A stretch of 64,000 nt of DNA from contig OZ243037.1 of NCBI GenBank assembly GCA_965212015.1, positions 1,248,001 to 1,312,000 of the forward strand, given 5' to 3'. The notes under the pieces were generated by a model. That model was not told the DNA's origin. It saw only the letters and a list, made by a program, of their open reading frames with translations, and did not search any database. Shown here one piece after another: positions 18,861-29,300 of this stretch (the stretch's first letter is position 1; the number at the start of each line of letters is the position of its first letter). This stretch comes from Cenarchaeum sp. Lineage in GTDB: Archaea; Thermoproteota; Nitrososphaeria; Nitrososphaerales; Nitrosopumilaceae. Both the position numbers and the translations under genes were made by a program.

Positions 18861-19079
18861 TAAACTTTCCACCCCGTCACGAGAGGCCGCGTGTGCGGCG
18901 GCCAGAATCCTCCAACCTGCATCAATACGCGTGCGGCACGCCCCTATATGATCGTAAACTGCCGTGGCGGCGCAATTCCATATCTGGGTCTTGTAGAGGC
19001 GGTGTCCCTGAGCCTTTTTACGCTGATAAGGCAATCCGGTTTGTCGCATCTGTATGTCGCGGCGATTGGGGGCACTTTA

Positions 19080-19157
19080 TGGTGGGACCGGCAGGATTTG
19101 AACCTGCGACCTCTAGCACCCCAGGCTAGCATCATAGCCAATCTAGACGACGGCCCC
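19080..19157 (-). tRNA. tRNA-Pro(GGG), with 3' CCA encoded
   Basis: GGGGCCG/CGGTCCC acceptor stem; CTAGC-CTGGGGT-GCTAG anticodon arm; GGTTCAAATCC T-arm; ends ACCA. Confidence 0.95.
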
Positions 19158-19212
19158 TCATTTTGAGGGAAAAGAGTGAAATTATTAAACCGTGGGATCT
19201 GTTGGATATAAA

Positions 19213-19410
19213 ATGAGAATCTGCTCAATATGCCACAAGATTTCGGGTATCGACGACGATCACACAGATTGCAAGGAAAAAAGACGAATAGAGCTCGAAG
19301 ACGCAGAGATGAAAGAAAAGCTGCCAGAAAAGCTGGATCTGCAAAGCGGTTCTGGCGATCTTGCCAAAGAGATAAAGGCCGTTTTGGACCACATGTTAGG
19401 CGGCAAGTGA
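19213..19410 (+). CDS. small hypothetical protein with CxxC...HxxC Zn-finger-like motif
   Basis: MRICSICHK...DHTDC followed by a charged helix. Confidence 0.65.
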   Translation: MRICSICHKISGIDDDHTDCKEKRRIELEDAEMKEKLPEKLDLQSGSGDLAKEIKAVLDHMLGGK

Positions 19411-19422
19411 CGCGCCTGGTTT

Positions 19423-20163
19423 TCAGCGTTCCTGTGTAGTGGGCCGGATCAGAACCTCGTTGACATTGACGTGCCCCGGCGCCTTTACTGCAAACAGGAC
19501 CGCCTCTGCAATGTCTTTTGCGTGCAGGGACTCCATTTTTTTCGCATTCTCCAGGAATCCCGCAAGCGACTCGTCGGTAATGGTCCTGTTAAGCTCGGTA
19601 TCAACCACGCCGGGCTCGATCGAGGTGACCCGTATGTTGGAGCGCGTGCTGAATTCCTGCCTGAGCCCCTCGCTGAACGCCACGATGGCGTGCTTGGTTG
19701 CACAGTATACGCTGCCCGCCGGAAAGACGACCCTGCCTGCGACTGACGCAATGTTTACAATGTGGCCGGATTTTTTCTCCCTCATGTGGCCAATTACTGC
19801 GGCCGTACAGTACAAAACCCCCCTGATATTGACGTCGATCATCTTGTCCCATTCGTCAACCTTTAGGTTTTTAAAAAAGCTAAGCGGCATAATTCCCGCA
19901 TTGTTTACCAGAATGTCCACAGAGCCCCACCTGTCTAGTACGGCGCCCACAAAAGAGTCGCACTGCTCCTTTTTGGTGACATCAAGGCTTTGCGAGAGCA
20001 CCTCCCCGCCGGATTTTTTGAGTTTTTCGGCCAGCGCGTCTAGCTTGTCGGTTCTTCTGGCGCCTATGGCCACCTTGGCTCCCGCCCCGGACAGCGCCAT
20101 CGCAGTAGAGTACCCGATGCCGCTGCTTGCGCCAGTAATGATCGCAACCCTGTCATCAAGCAT
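19423..20163 (-). CDS. short-chain dehydrogenase/reductase
   Basis: TGASSGIG, NNAG, YCATK catalytic motif. Confidence 0.93.
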   Translation of the reverse strand: MLDDRVAIITGASSGIGYSTAMALSGAGAKVAIGARRTDKLDALAEKLKKSGGEVLSQSLDVTKKEQCDSFVGAVLDRWGSVDILVNNAGIMPLSFFKNLKVDEWDKMIDVNIRGVLYCTAAVIGHMREKKSGHIVNIASVAGRVVFPAGSVYCATKHAIVAFSEGLRQEFSTRSNIRVTSIEPGVVDTELNRTITDESLAGFLENAKKMESLHAKDIAEAVLFAVKAPGHVNVNEVLIRPTTQER

Positions 20164-20236
20164 AGTAATTCCACTGGTGTCCCGCCGCCACATTGTAAAA
20201 ATGTTTTTAGGGCTATGAAAACAAGACACCACGGCT

Positions 20237-20464
20237 ATGAAGCTAGAAAAATGCGCGTATTGCGGGGATATGACTGACCTGCCCTTTGAGTGCAGCTATT
20301 GCGGGGATCCGTTTTGCGCAGAGCACCGGCTTCCAGAGGAGCACCGCTGCGTAAAGCTTACGCAGATAAGGGCGAAAAGATTCGGCGAGCGAGGGGTCAT
20401 CCGGGACGGGGGACGCAACCGCCCAGGCCTGCTAAAGAGAATACTCGGCAGATTCAGACGCTAA
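20237..20464 (+). CDS. AN1-type zinc finger protein
   Basis: CAYC...PFECSYCG..FCAEHRLPEEHRC. Confidence 0.88.
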   Translation: MKLEKCAYCGDMTDLPFECSYCGDPFCAEHRLPEEHRCVKLTQIRAKRFGERGVIRDGGRNRPGLLKRILGRFRR

Positions 20465-20736
20465 TAGACGGATTTTGCGGGATCAAGCTTTGCCCTGCGT
20501 GCCTGATAAAACAGCGCCAGGGCCAGGGCAAGCAGTACTGTAGCAGTCAGCCAGTGCGCGGTAATCAGCGTGACGTACGCTATTGCAAATCCGGCCGACA
20601 CGGAGGCCTGTATGAACAGCTTTATCCACGACGAAAATCCGCAGACGCGGTATATCGCCTCGACTAGAAACAGCGCCGCCACGGGATATATCGTAAGCAG
20701 GAGAAAGTCTATTACATCGACGTCGAGGTGTGACAT
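20461..20736 (-). CDS. small 3-TM hypothetical membrane protein
   Basis: Three hydrophobic segments; fits between its neighbours. Confidence 0.7.
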   Translation of the reverse strand: MSHLDVDVIDFLLLTIYPVAALFLVEAIYRVCGFSSWIKLFIQASVSAGFAIAYVTLITAHWLTATVLLALALALFYQARRAKLDPAKSVY

Positions 20737-20762
20737 GTTGAATCATCAGTCCGCCCGGATTT

Positions 20763-21311
20763 CTAGTCGTCCCATCTTATCTTGCTGACTATGTTTTTTG
20801 CCATCAGGGCCTGGGCGTTCTCGTATGGTATGGTGGCGATGTCTTCTGCCTTGAACGGCCCGTATTTTTCCATGTCGGCCCCCACGATCTGATCCATTTC
20901 CTGCAGGAACCGGACTGCGATGGATTTTGTCTTGTGGTTCTGAGCGATAAATTCAAGCAGTTTCGACTTGCCGTTGAGAATTCCAGTAAGGATCATTTCG
21001 CGCCTATCGCCTACCTCGGTGTTCGCATCAAGAATAAACTTTTCCTCGTCGAGCAGGTTTTCGCAGCCCGCCGCCCGGGCCGCCTTTTCAAGCCTGATTT
21101 TCAGCAGTACGGACGTCATGCCGGTGGTTATCTCGATTATGGTGTTCCGGATTTTCCGCTCCACGCCGTCATATTCCTCGCGCTTTAGCTTTCCAAGAAA
21201 CCCCGAGATCGACTGGTATAGATCCGGATCGAGCTCCTGTACTGCGTCGTTGCCGGTTTCCCTCATGATGATTCCGTGCAACGAGTTCACGCCGATTTCC
21301 AAGCTGGGCAT
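20763..21311 (-). CDS. DNA replication complex GINS subunit
   Basis: Helical A domain (IRLEK, NLLDEEK) plus C-terminal B domain VRFLQ...IVGAD..KYGPF..EDIATIP..NA. Confidence 0.8.
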   Translation of the reverse strand: MPSLEIGVNSLHGIIMRETGNDAVQELDPDLYQSISGFLGKLKREEYDGVERKIRNTIIEITTGMTSVLLKIRLEKAARAAGCENLLDEEKFILDANTEVGDRREMILTGILNGKSKLLEFIAQNHKTKSIAVRFLQEMDQIVGADMEKYGPFKAEDIATIPYENAQALMAKNIVSKIRWDD

Positions 21312-21364
21312 CCTGCCTAATCCTTAAATTGTAGGTGTATTTGTGTTAGCTTTAAGGTATAAAA

Positions 21365-22825
21365 TTGCCGTATAAAGTCAGCCATGGAAAAGCCCTCGAA
21401 TTAAAATATTCAGCAGACGAGGTGTTTTCAAAGATTCAGCACGAGGGAATAAAGTTCATAGATTTGCAGTTTACCGGCCTGACGGGAAGGTTTCACCATA
21501 CGACGATTTCCGCCATTACGTTTACCCCAGAGCAGATGCGTGACGGCCTTCCAAAGCTAGACGGCTCCTCCATAGTGGGCTTTACCAGCATTGACGACTC
21601 TGATCTGGTCCTAAAGCCGGATCCCAACACCTTTGCGATAATCCCGTGGTACACGGAGAACAAGACTGCAAGGCTGCTTTGCGACGTGTACTGGGGCGAG
21701 GATAGGGGCAGGCTGCAAAGGGATCCGCGCGGAATCGCGCAGGGGGCAGAGGAATCCGTCACCGCCGCCGGCTTTGATCACAGCGTGTGGGGGCCAGAAG
21801 TCGAGTTTTTCGTATTTGACAAGATCCACTGGGACGTCTTGACGCCATACAAGGGGCAGTCGTATTCCATCGAGTCAGAGGAGGCGCCGTGGAGCCAGGA
21901 GGGTTCGGGCTATCCCATGGGACTACAGGAGGGATACTATCCAAGCACGCCGTCAGACACGCTCACCCCGTTTAGAAACGAGTGCGTCAATATTCTCAAC
22001 GAGAGCTTTGGGATCCTGTGCGACAACCACCACCACGAGGTGGCCACTGCGGGGCAGTGTGAAATAGACATACGGTACGACTATCTGACAAACGCCGCAG
22101 ACTCTACCCAGTCGTACAAGTTTGTAATCCGGAACGTTGCAAAAAAATTCGGAAAGATTGCAACAATGATGCCAAAGCCCATCTCTATGGATTCGGGCTC
22201 GGGAATGCACACCAACGTAAGCCTGTGGAAGAACAAAAAGAACATCTTTTTTGACGCCACAGAAGAGATGGAGCTAAGCCAGGTCGGAAGATATTTCTGC
22301 GGCGGAATTTTAAACCACGCAAAGGCGCTGTGCGCAATCTCAAACCCCACCACGAACTCTTATCACAGGCTGGTTCCCGGATACGAGGCGCCAGTTTATG
22401 TCGCGTGGAGCGGCAGCAACCGTTCTGCAATCGTGAGGGTTCCCAGGCATTTCAAGGGCGAGGGCTATTCGTTTCTGAAACGGCTAGAGTTCCGCGCCCC
22501 CGACCCGTCATCCAACCCGTACCTGGTCTTCTCGTCGGTGCTCGCCGCCGGGCTAGACGGCGTCAAAAAGAAGATGGATCCCGGCGAGCAGGTACAGGAG
22601 GATATTTTCAAGATGACAAAGGCCGAGAGGATCAAGAGGGGAATCGACATCCTGCCTGCCAACCTAGGCGAGGCGCTCGACGAGCTTGAAAGCGACAGAA
22701 AGTTCCTACAGCCCATATTTCCCAACGACGTAATCAACCGGGTAATAGAGCTGGAAAGAAGGGATCAGAGGGAGATTTCCATCAGGCCGCACCCGCACGA
22801 GTTTTATCTGTACTTTGACGTATAG
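21365..22825 (+). CDS. glnA: glutamine synthetase type I (probable housekeeping copy)
   Basis: DGSSIVGF, GPEVEFF, HHEVATAGQCEI, MPKP, GSGMH, LVPGYEAP, NRSA, LEFRAPD. Confidence 0.95.
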   Translation: MPYKVSHGKALELKYSADEVFSKIQHEGIKFIDLQFTGLTGRFHHTTISAITFTPEQMRDGLPKLDGSSIVGFTSIDDSDLVLKPDPNTFAIIPWYTENKTARLLCDVYWGEDRGRLQRDPRGIAQGAEESVTAAGFDHSVWGPEVEFFVFDKIHWDVLTPYKGQSYSIESEEAPWSQEGSGYPMGLQEGYYPSTPSDTLTPFRNECVNILNESFGILCDNHHHEVATAGQCEIDIRYDYLTNAADSTQSYKFVIRNVAKKFGKIATMMPKPISMDSGSGMHTNVSLWKNKKNIFFDATEEMELSQVGRYFCGGILNHAKALCAISNPTTNSYHRLVPGYEAPVYVAWSGSNRSAIVRVPRHFKGEGYSFLKRLEFRAPDPSSNPYLVFSSVLAAGLDGVKKKMDPGEQVQEDIFKMTKAERIKRGIDILPANLGEALDELESDRKFLQPIFPNDVINRVIELERRDQREISIRPHPHEFYLYFDV

Positions 22826-22829
22826 GTGC

Positions 22830-23096
22830 CTAGATCAGCTGCAGGATCATCACCAGGGATACTGCGATCAGGGACAGTCCGGAGGCCATAAAGACTGTCT
22901 GCCGCTTGTAGGACTCGGTGGCCTTGAAGACCAGTATTGCCCCGCCCAGTCCCACGAACAGGACTAAAATTCCGACGATGACGGGGGAGAAATCCAGGCC
23001 CCTGACAAGCGGGTGAAAAAATCCCGCAAACAGCGCAAAGAGACACGTAAGATAGACGTATTTTGCGCCGCTGATTATCGGGCTGAGCTTGTTCAA
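22830..23096 (-). CDS. small 3-TM hypothetical membrane protein
   Basis: Three hydrophobic helices. Confidence 0.7.
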   Translation of the reverse strand: MNKLSPIISGAKYVYLTCLFALFAGFFHPLVRGLDFSPVIVGILVLFVGLGGAILVFKATESYKRQTVFMASGLSLIAVSLVMILQLI

Positions 23097-23156
23097 TGCC
23101 TGTCTGCGATTGCGTCATCAAATAAACTTTTAAAAAGTTGCGGGACCGAAAACGGC

Positions 23157-24863
23157 CTACATTCCCATGCCGCCCATATCGGGCATGCCGCCCATTCCTG
23201 GAGGCATCCCACCCATTCCGGGTGGCATTCCGCCCATGCCGCCCTCTGCTCCGGGAGGCGGGCCTGCTGACTTTGCCGTGGCGACGACGTCGTCAATTCT
23301 GAGTATCATGCAGGATGCTTCTGCCGCAGCCGAGATGATTTGGTGCTTTACGGACAGCGGTTCGATTATGTCGCTTGTCTTCATGTTTGCGATTTTTGAC
23401 TTCATTACGTCGATTCCGGTCCATTTTTGATCCTTTTGCTGCCTTGATCTTAACGAGGTGATAGTATCGATTGGATCCATTCCGGCGTTTTCTGCCAGTG
23501 CAAGCGGGATTGATTCCAAAGAGTCGGCAAACTTTTCCACTGCCAGCTGCTCTCTGCCCTCCAGGGATTTTGCCCAGGTACGGAGCTTTGTGGCAGCGTA
23601 TGTTTCAGGCGCGCCCCCGCCTGCAACGACGGATGGAAACTCCATGACGTCCTTGACTACCATGATTGCATCGTGCATTGATCTGTCGACTTCGTCTACC
23701 ACCCTCTGGGATCCCCCGCGTAGCAACAGGGTGATGGATTTCGGATGCCTGCATCCCTCCACGAAAACCCAGCGATCTTCCTCGATTTTTCTCTCCTCGA
23801 CTGTCTCGGCCAGGCCCAGATCCTTTTCAAACAGATCATCCAGATTGGTCACTATTCTTGCGCCGGTCGCCTTTGCCAGTTTCGTAAGATCGCTTTCCTT
23901 GATGCGCCGTACTGCCTGTATGTTGGCCTTTGCCAGATAGTGCTGTGCCATATCGTCGATGCCCTTTTGGCACAAGACCACGTTTGCGCCAGAGCCGATC
24001 ACCTTGTCGACCATGTTTTTTAGCATCCTGTTCTCCTCGTCTAGAAACGCCTTTAGCTGTTGCGGGTTTGAAATATTTATTTTCGCGTCAGTCTCTGTCT
24101 TGCTTATCTCCAGAGCCGTGTTAATCAGGGCGATTTTTGCATCCGTGATTTTCTTGGGCATGTTGCCGTGAACAATCTCCTTGTCCAGGACAATTCCCTG
24201 TATCAGGCTGGAATCCCCGACGGATCCGCCGGCCTTTTTTTCCACCTTTATGTCGTCTATATCTATATCAAATTTTTCGCCGTCCTTGCCTGCAACGACG
24301 GTAACTGCCTTTACAATAAGATCCGCCAGCATGTCAGAGTCCTTTCTGACGAGCTTTGTCTGCATTGAGGTTTTTGCAACTTTAACCAGTATGCTCTTGT
24401 CGTTGGCCGTGACGGTCTCAGTTATGTCCTGAAGGAACTGTTTTGTCTTTTTTGCCGCCTTTCTGTAGCCGTCTACAATGATTGTCGGGTGGACGTTCTG
24501 GTTGATCAGGTGCTCTGCGTTTTCTAGCAGCGCGCCTGCAAGGATTACTGCCGACGTTGTCCCGTCGCCCACTTCGTTGTCAGTCGTCTTGGAAATCTCC
24601 ACTAGCATCTTTGCCGCAGGATGCTGCACGTCGATCTCTTTGAGAATCGTGGCCCCGTCGTTTGTAATGGTAACGTCGCCAAGAGAGTCGACTAGCATCT
24701 TGTCCATCCCCCTAGGGCCCAGGCTAGAATGCACTATCTCGGCTATGATTTTCGAGGCTGCAATGTTGTTTTTTTGGGCATCGCGCCCCTTGGTCTCAGA
24801 TCCGCCCTCCTTTAGGAGCACAATGGGCATGCTGCCCTTGGCGGATGCCTGCATGTTACTCAT
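23157..24863 (-). CDS. ths: thermosome (group II chaperonin) subunit
   Basis: LGPRGMDKM, TNDGATIL, GDGTTS, GGGAPE, C-terminal GGM repeats. Confidence 0.97.
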   Translation of the reverse strand: MSNMQASAKGSMPIVLLKEGGSETKGRDAQKNNIAASKIIAEIVHSSLGPRGMDKMLVDSLGDVTITNDGATILKEIDVQHPAAKMLVEISKTTDNEVGDGTTSAVILAGALLENAEHLINQNVHPTIIVDGYRKAAKKTKQFLQDITETVTANDKSILVKVAKTSMQTKLVRKDSDMLADLIVKAVTVVAGKDGEKFDIDIDDIKVEKKAGGSVGDSSLIQGIVLDKEIVHGNMPKKITDAKIALINTALEISKTETDAKINISNPQQLKAFLDEENRMLKNMVDKVIGSGANVVLCQKGIDDMAQHYLAKANIQAVRRIKESDLTKLAKATGARIVTNLDDLFEKDLGLAETVEERKIEEDRWVFVEGCRHPKSITLLLRGGSQRVVDEVDRSMHDAIMVVKDVMEFPSVVAGGGAPETYAATKLRTWAKSLEGREQLAVEKFADSLESIPLALAENAGMDPIDTITSLRSRQQKDQKWTGIDVMKSKIANMKTSDIIEPLSVKHQIISAAAEASCMILRIDDVVATAKSAGPPPGAEGGMGGMPPGMGGMPPGMGGMPDMGGMGM

Positions 24864-24977
24864 GGGTTAAAACCTCCAGATTCCCCTTTTATACCTTTTT
24901 TCACGTCCCACAAGCCGTCAGGGACGAAATCGCACTCTGATCGATGTTTTTAAATTGGGAAAAAAAACCAGCGTTTT

Positions 24978-26303
24978 ATGATAGAGAAATCCGCCGGCAA
25001 AAAGTCCTACAATGACGTTTTTTCCATGCTAAAGAAACACAACAAGTGGTTTGAGAATTCAATTCCCCTTATCGCAAGCGAGAACATTCCAAGTCCGGCC
25101 GTAAGGGAGGCGATGATCTCCGACTTTGGCAACCGCTATGCCGAGGGCTGGCCGGGGGAGAGAGTCTATGCGGGCTGCACGTACATAGACAAGGTGGAGA
25201 TGGAGTGCATAAAGCTCGCAAAAAAGCTGTTCAGGGCAGAGTTTGCCGACGTCAGGCCGGTTTCCGGCGTGGTGGCAAACCTGGCAATCTATTCTGCGTT
25301 CTCAAATCCCGGCGACGTCATGATTGCGCCGTCGATTCCCGCCGGCGGGCACATCTCGCACGGCAAAAAGGAGCATTCGGGTACCGCCGGCCTGGTCCAC
25401 GGGCTGGACGTCGAGTTTTATCCGTTTGACGCAAAAGAGATGAGCATCGACGTGGACAAGACAAGAAAAAAGATAGGCGAGCTAAAAAAGGCGGGGCGCC
25501 TGCCAAAGATTGCAATGTTTGGCGGTTCGCTGTTTTTGTTTCCGCATCCGGTAAGGGAGCTTGCCGACTTTATGAAGGGCCACGGCATGCACGTCAATTA
25601 CGACGGGGCGCATGTCGCAGGCCTGATTGCAGGCGGGCAGTTTCAGGATCCCATAAGGGAGGGCGCAGACACTGTAACTATGAGCACGCACAAGACGCTG
25701 TTTGGCCCGCAGGGCGGGATGGTCTTGGGCAAAAGGCGCCATTCTGAGGCGATAAAAAAGGCCATGTTTCCCGGACTTACAAGCAGCCACCACATACACC
25801 ACATGGCAGGCAAGGCCATAGCGTTTGCAGAGGCGCTAAAGTTCGGAAAGAGTTACGCAGTGCAGGTCATTAAAAACGCAAAGACGCTGGCCGAGTCGCT
25901 GAGCGGTTTCGGCTTTAAGGTACTCGGGGAAAGCCGGGGGTTTACAGAGTCGCACCAGATAGCAGTCGACGTGTGGGACTTTGCAGACGGGGGCAAGGTG
26001 GAGGCGGAGCTTGAAAAGGCCAACATTATAGTCAACCGGCAGCTGATTCCAGGCGACATCAAGGCCGGCAGGAACTATTTCCATCCCGGCGGAATCCGGC
26101 TTGGCGTCTCTGAAGTTACCAGGCTGGGCATGAAGCAGTCAGAGATGAAAGAGATTGCCGCGTTTCTCAGGCAGGCAATAATGGACAAAAAACACCCCGG
26201 TGGCCTGCTATCGAAGGTAAAGTCGTTCAGAAGGGATTTCCAAAAGGTCCACTTTTGCTTTGACGCAAAGCTTCCGGCCTACGAGTATGTCAGGCTGAGA
26301 TAG
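24978..26303 (+). CDS. glyA: serine hydroxymethyltransferase
   Basis: LIASEN, RYAEG, GGHISH, DGAHVAGL, STHKTLFGPQGG. Confidence 0.96.
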   Translation: MIEKSAGKKSYNDVFSMLKKHNKWFENSIPLIASENIPSPAVREAMISDFGNRYAEGWPGERVYAGCTYIDKVEMECIKLAKKLFRAEFADVRPVSGVVANLAIYSAFSNPGDVMIAPSIPAGGHISHGKKEHSGTAGLVHGLDVEFYPFDAKEMSIDVDKTRKKIGELKKAGRLPKIAMFGGSLFLFPHPVRELADFMKGHGMHVNYDGAHVAGLIAGGQFQDPIREGADTVTMSTHKTLFGPQGGMVLGKRRHSEAIKKAMFPGLTSSHHIHHMAGKAIAFAEALKFGKSYAVQVIKNAKTLAESLSGFGFKVLGESRGFTESHQIAVDVWDFADGGKVEAELEKANIIVNRQLIPGDIKAGRNYFHPGGIRLGVSEVTRLGMKQSEMKEIAAFLRQAIMDKKHPGGLLSKVKSFRRDFQKVHFCFDAKLPAYEYVRLR

Positions 26304-26304
26304 G

Positions 26305-29300
26305 CTAGCCTGCAAAATCCGAAAGCAGCGCCTGATCCCCCCGGCTCTTTCCAAAGACCAGATCAATCTCGTCGGAGAGGGCGTGAATCCTTCCGCGCTG
26401 ATACCTGCTGACGTTGTATTTTTCAACCAGGCGTTTTGCAAGCTTGAGGTATTTTTCTACGGACGGTCTTGTGATGGTCTGGATGAGGTCGTGCTTGCAG
26501 GCGCAGCGCTGGGTCAGCGGGGCCCTCCTGTAGCTCCGGCCGCACAGGGTGCACCGCAGGTTCTGCCTTGCATACGACCTGAGGTTTCCCATTATGTCCG
26601 GCACCAGGTGCGTGGAGATGACGTTTGAGACCGTCTCTGCGGTGTCTACCACGTCGATCATGTCTGCGTTTCTTATCTGCAGATCAAACTTGTCAAGCAT
26701 CGAGTCAAGCGTAGAGTACGCGCTGCGCGACTTTGAGGTGGTCAGCGTGGATGTCTGGTGCGTAAAATGATAGTTGCTGAACTGCTCCCTTGTGTCCAGG
26801 CGGGATTTTATTATCTCGACGCAGTCAATGGCGGAGGCCTTGTGCCGCAAAAGCGTGGACTCGTAGAACTCTAGGGGGAATGACTTTGTGACCTCGAGGT
26901 TGTGCGCCTGCGGCTGCGATTCGTGCGGCAGTACCAGCGGCTGAATCAAGAGTGGCGCGTCCATCAGTCCCCCGATCTTGTCGGAGAGAAACTGCCGCGA
27001 AAAGTTGAGCAGTGCGTCCATCAGCAGTATGATCGAGTCTGCGTCCCCGTCTGCGTCCCTGCGCTTGGCAGAATGCCAGTTGGGCGTGGCAAAGCACACG
27101 TGGGTGTTGGTATAACCCACAACCCTTGCGACTATTCCGACGGACGTGTGGGGGGCGAGCCCCACTACCAGGTGGCCCAGCAGCTCGTCAGTGTCCGAAA
27201 CGTTGTAAAATTTTGGCCTGCCGTAAAATTTGTCGAGTTCGGCATCGACGTATTTGCAAATGTTCACCAGATACCTTGCCGACTCGAACGGGATTATAAT
27301 GTCCTGCATTTTGAGCTCGACTGTCTGATCCGGGTCGGTCAGCTCCCTTCCTTGCGCGTCTACAAGATAGCCTAGCTCCCTGAGCCGCTTGGGACTAGTC
27401 CCGATCCATGACGGCTTGAAATGCGTCAGGGGGGAGTTTGTTGCGTCAAATCTCACCGTGCCGTCCTTAAAGACGGTAAGGCCCCTGCTCTGCCTGATCA
27501 GCCCCTTTTCTAGCGGTTCGGCTATCTTGTCCTGGTTGATGAGATCCCTTACGCCCTTGAGCGGCTCTTGCGCCCTGATGCCGGTCTTTTCCTGGGCGTA
27601 CAGCAGCTTCTTTTTTAGCGGAAAATTTTTGTAGGAATGCGAGATGCACTGCCTCTTGCATCTGTCGCAGTACTGTTCGCCTAGTACGGATCTGCACGCA
27701 GGGCACGTATACGCAAGCACGGTCTTTGAGCCGCAGTTCTGGCACCTGATCCCGATGGAAAGCTCGCCGCACTGCTTGCATGTCCGGTCCGATATGTTGG
27801 TGTAAAAGTCCGGCTGTGACGACGCCCTGAGCAGGTCGCGGGTCATTCCGCCCTTGTTGGCAACTGGAAACAGGCAGTGAGTCGGGGGCTTCATCTGCCT
27901 TGGCGCCGCCTTTTCTGGCCTGCCAATTCTCACGCCAATTGAGGTGGAGAACTTGTTGCGTATTGTAATTCCCGAGTATTTTGAGATCAGCTGGGGGACC
28001 GGGACGGATCTGTCAATCTCTGGCTTTTTCTTGAACAGGAGGCGGGAAAATATCCGGGCCTCGTCCCCGTCGAGCAAAATTCCAGAGTCATCAACCCTGT
28101 GCGGCACTGCCAGCCTCTCCAGTATTCTCTTGCAGGAGGGCCGATACCTTATCGAGTTCTCGCCTGTCTCCGAGGGCGCCAGAATCTCTGCAAGCTCGTC
28201 GTGGGAGATTTTATCCCAGTAAAACAGATACTTTGGATGCAGCGGGATTCCGTGATCCTGCGCCAGTCTCACGGACTCGTCTAGCGACGGAATCCTCCCA
28301 AGAAACTCCGAGGCGCCGCCGGCATCCCCGGGGAGTTTTTTCCTTAGATCCTCAATCCAAAACTCCTCGACGTATCCGGAGGGCACCAAATGCGCATTGT
28401 TCTCAAGAAAGTCGCCAAACGAGATTAGAATGTCGCCAAGGTGAAGGATTTTTTCCACCTGGCCCCTGACTTTGATGCCGTGCTCGGCGTCGCGGATTTT
28501 GACTACGTCCCCGTTTTTGAGCCGCACCGTGGGAGTCTCGATAGAGTCAACGAATGCCACGGTGGCGCCCTTGCCGGGAATGTCTATTTTTATCTGTGTT
28601 CCCACGGCGATGGTGTGATCCAAAATCTCTGCGACGGCCGGATGAAACCCTACTGAGGCAAAGCCGGTGTTGCACGACCTGCCGTACCGCAGCCTAAAGC
28701 CCCCAAGCTTGTTTGGGGCAGACAAAACTGAGCGGCCGGCGATCACCTCGCGCATCCTTTTTGCCGCCGCATCCTCCTGGCTTTCGCCGGTCTGGACTGC
28801 GCCTTTGAGCTGGCCCAGCCAGTCCCAGCCGTCAAGCTTGTACAGCTCGATTCTCTTTACAAGTTTTTTTGATCTGCCAATCAGCCCGTCGTTGAGGACC
28901 CGGAGGGCGCCGCCCCTTACCCGGTCGGTCTTTATCCTGGCCATGCCCTTGTGGTTTACCACCTCGAAGGGATCGGTATCCACGCCGTCAATCTCCACGG
29001 GAAGGTTCGAGATCACCCGGATTATGTCCTCGTCTAAGACATGGAACTGAAAGTTTCCGGCCTCGCGTTCGTATATTCGCAGCTCCTCTACAAACCTGCC
29101 CGTCTCGTCGTCAAACGAGTTTGCCTGGTAGCTTGACAGTCCGACTGCCTTTCTTACGTGATCCGCAATCAGTATTGTAACTGCGGATTCCGTTCCGCCC
29201 GCCGAGCGCATGGGTCCGGCAATCGAGACTGAAAGATAGTCGCTGCCGTCCTTGTTTTTCCTTATTCTTATCTCCGAGATTCCCTGCAGCGGGGCAATCG

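Noticed and set aside
17682-19100. Integrated element at tRNA-Pro
   Set aside because: No integrase and no duplicated tRNA 3' end were found, so it is not called as a mobile element.
19439-20218. 259-aa plus-strand ORF
   Set aside because: It is the antisense shadow of the SDR gene and has no motifs.
23160-23250. Tandem GGM/PPGMGGM repeats
   Set aside because: This is the ordinary chaperonin C-terminal tail.
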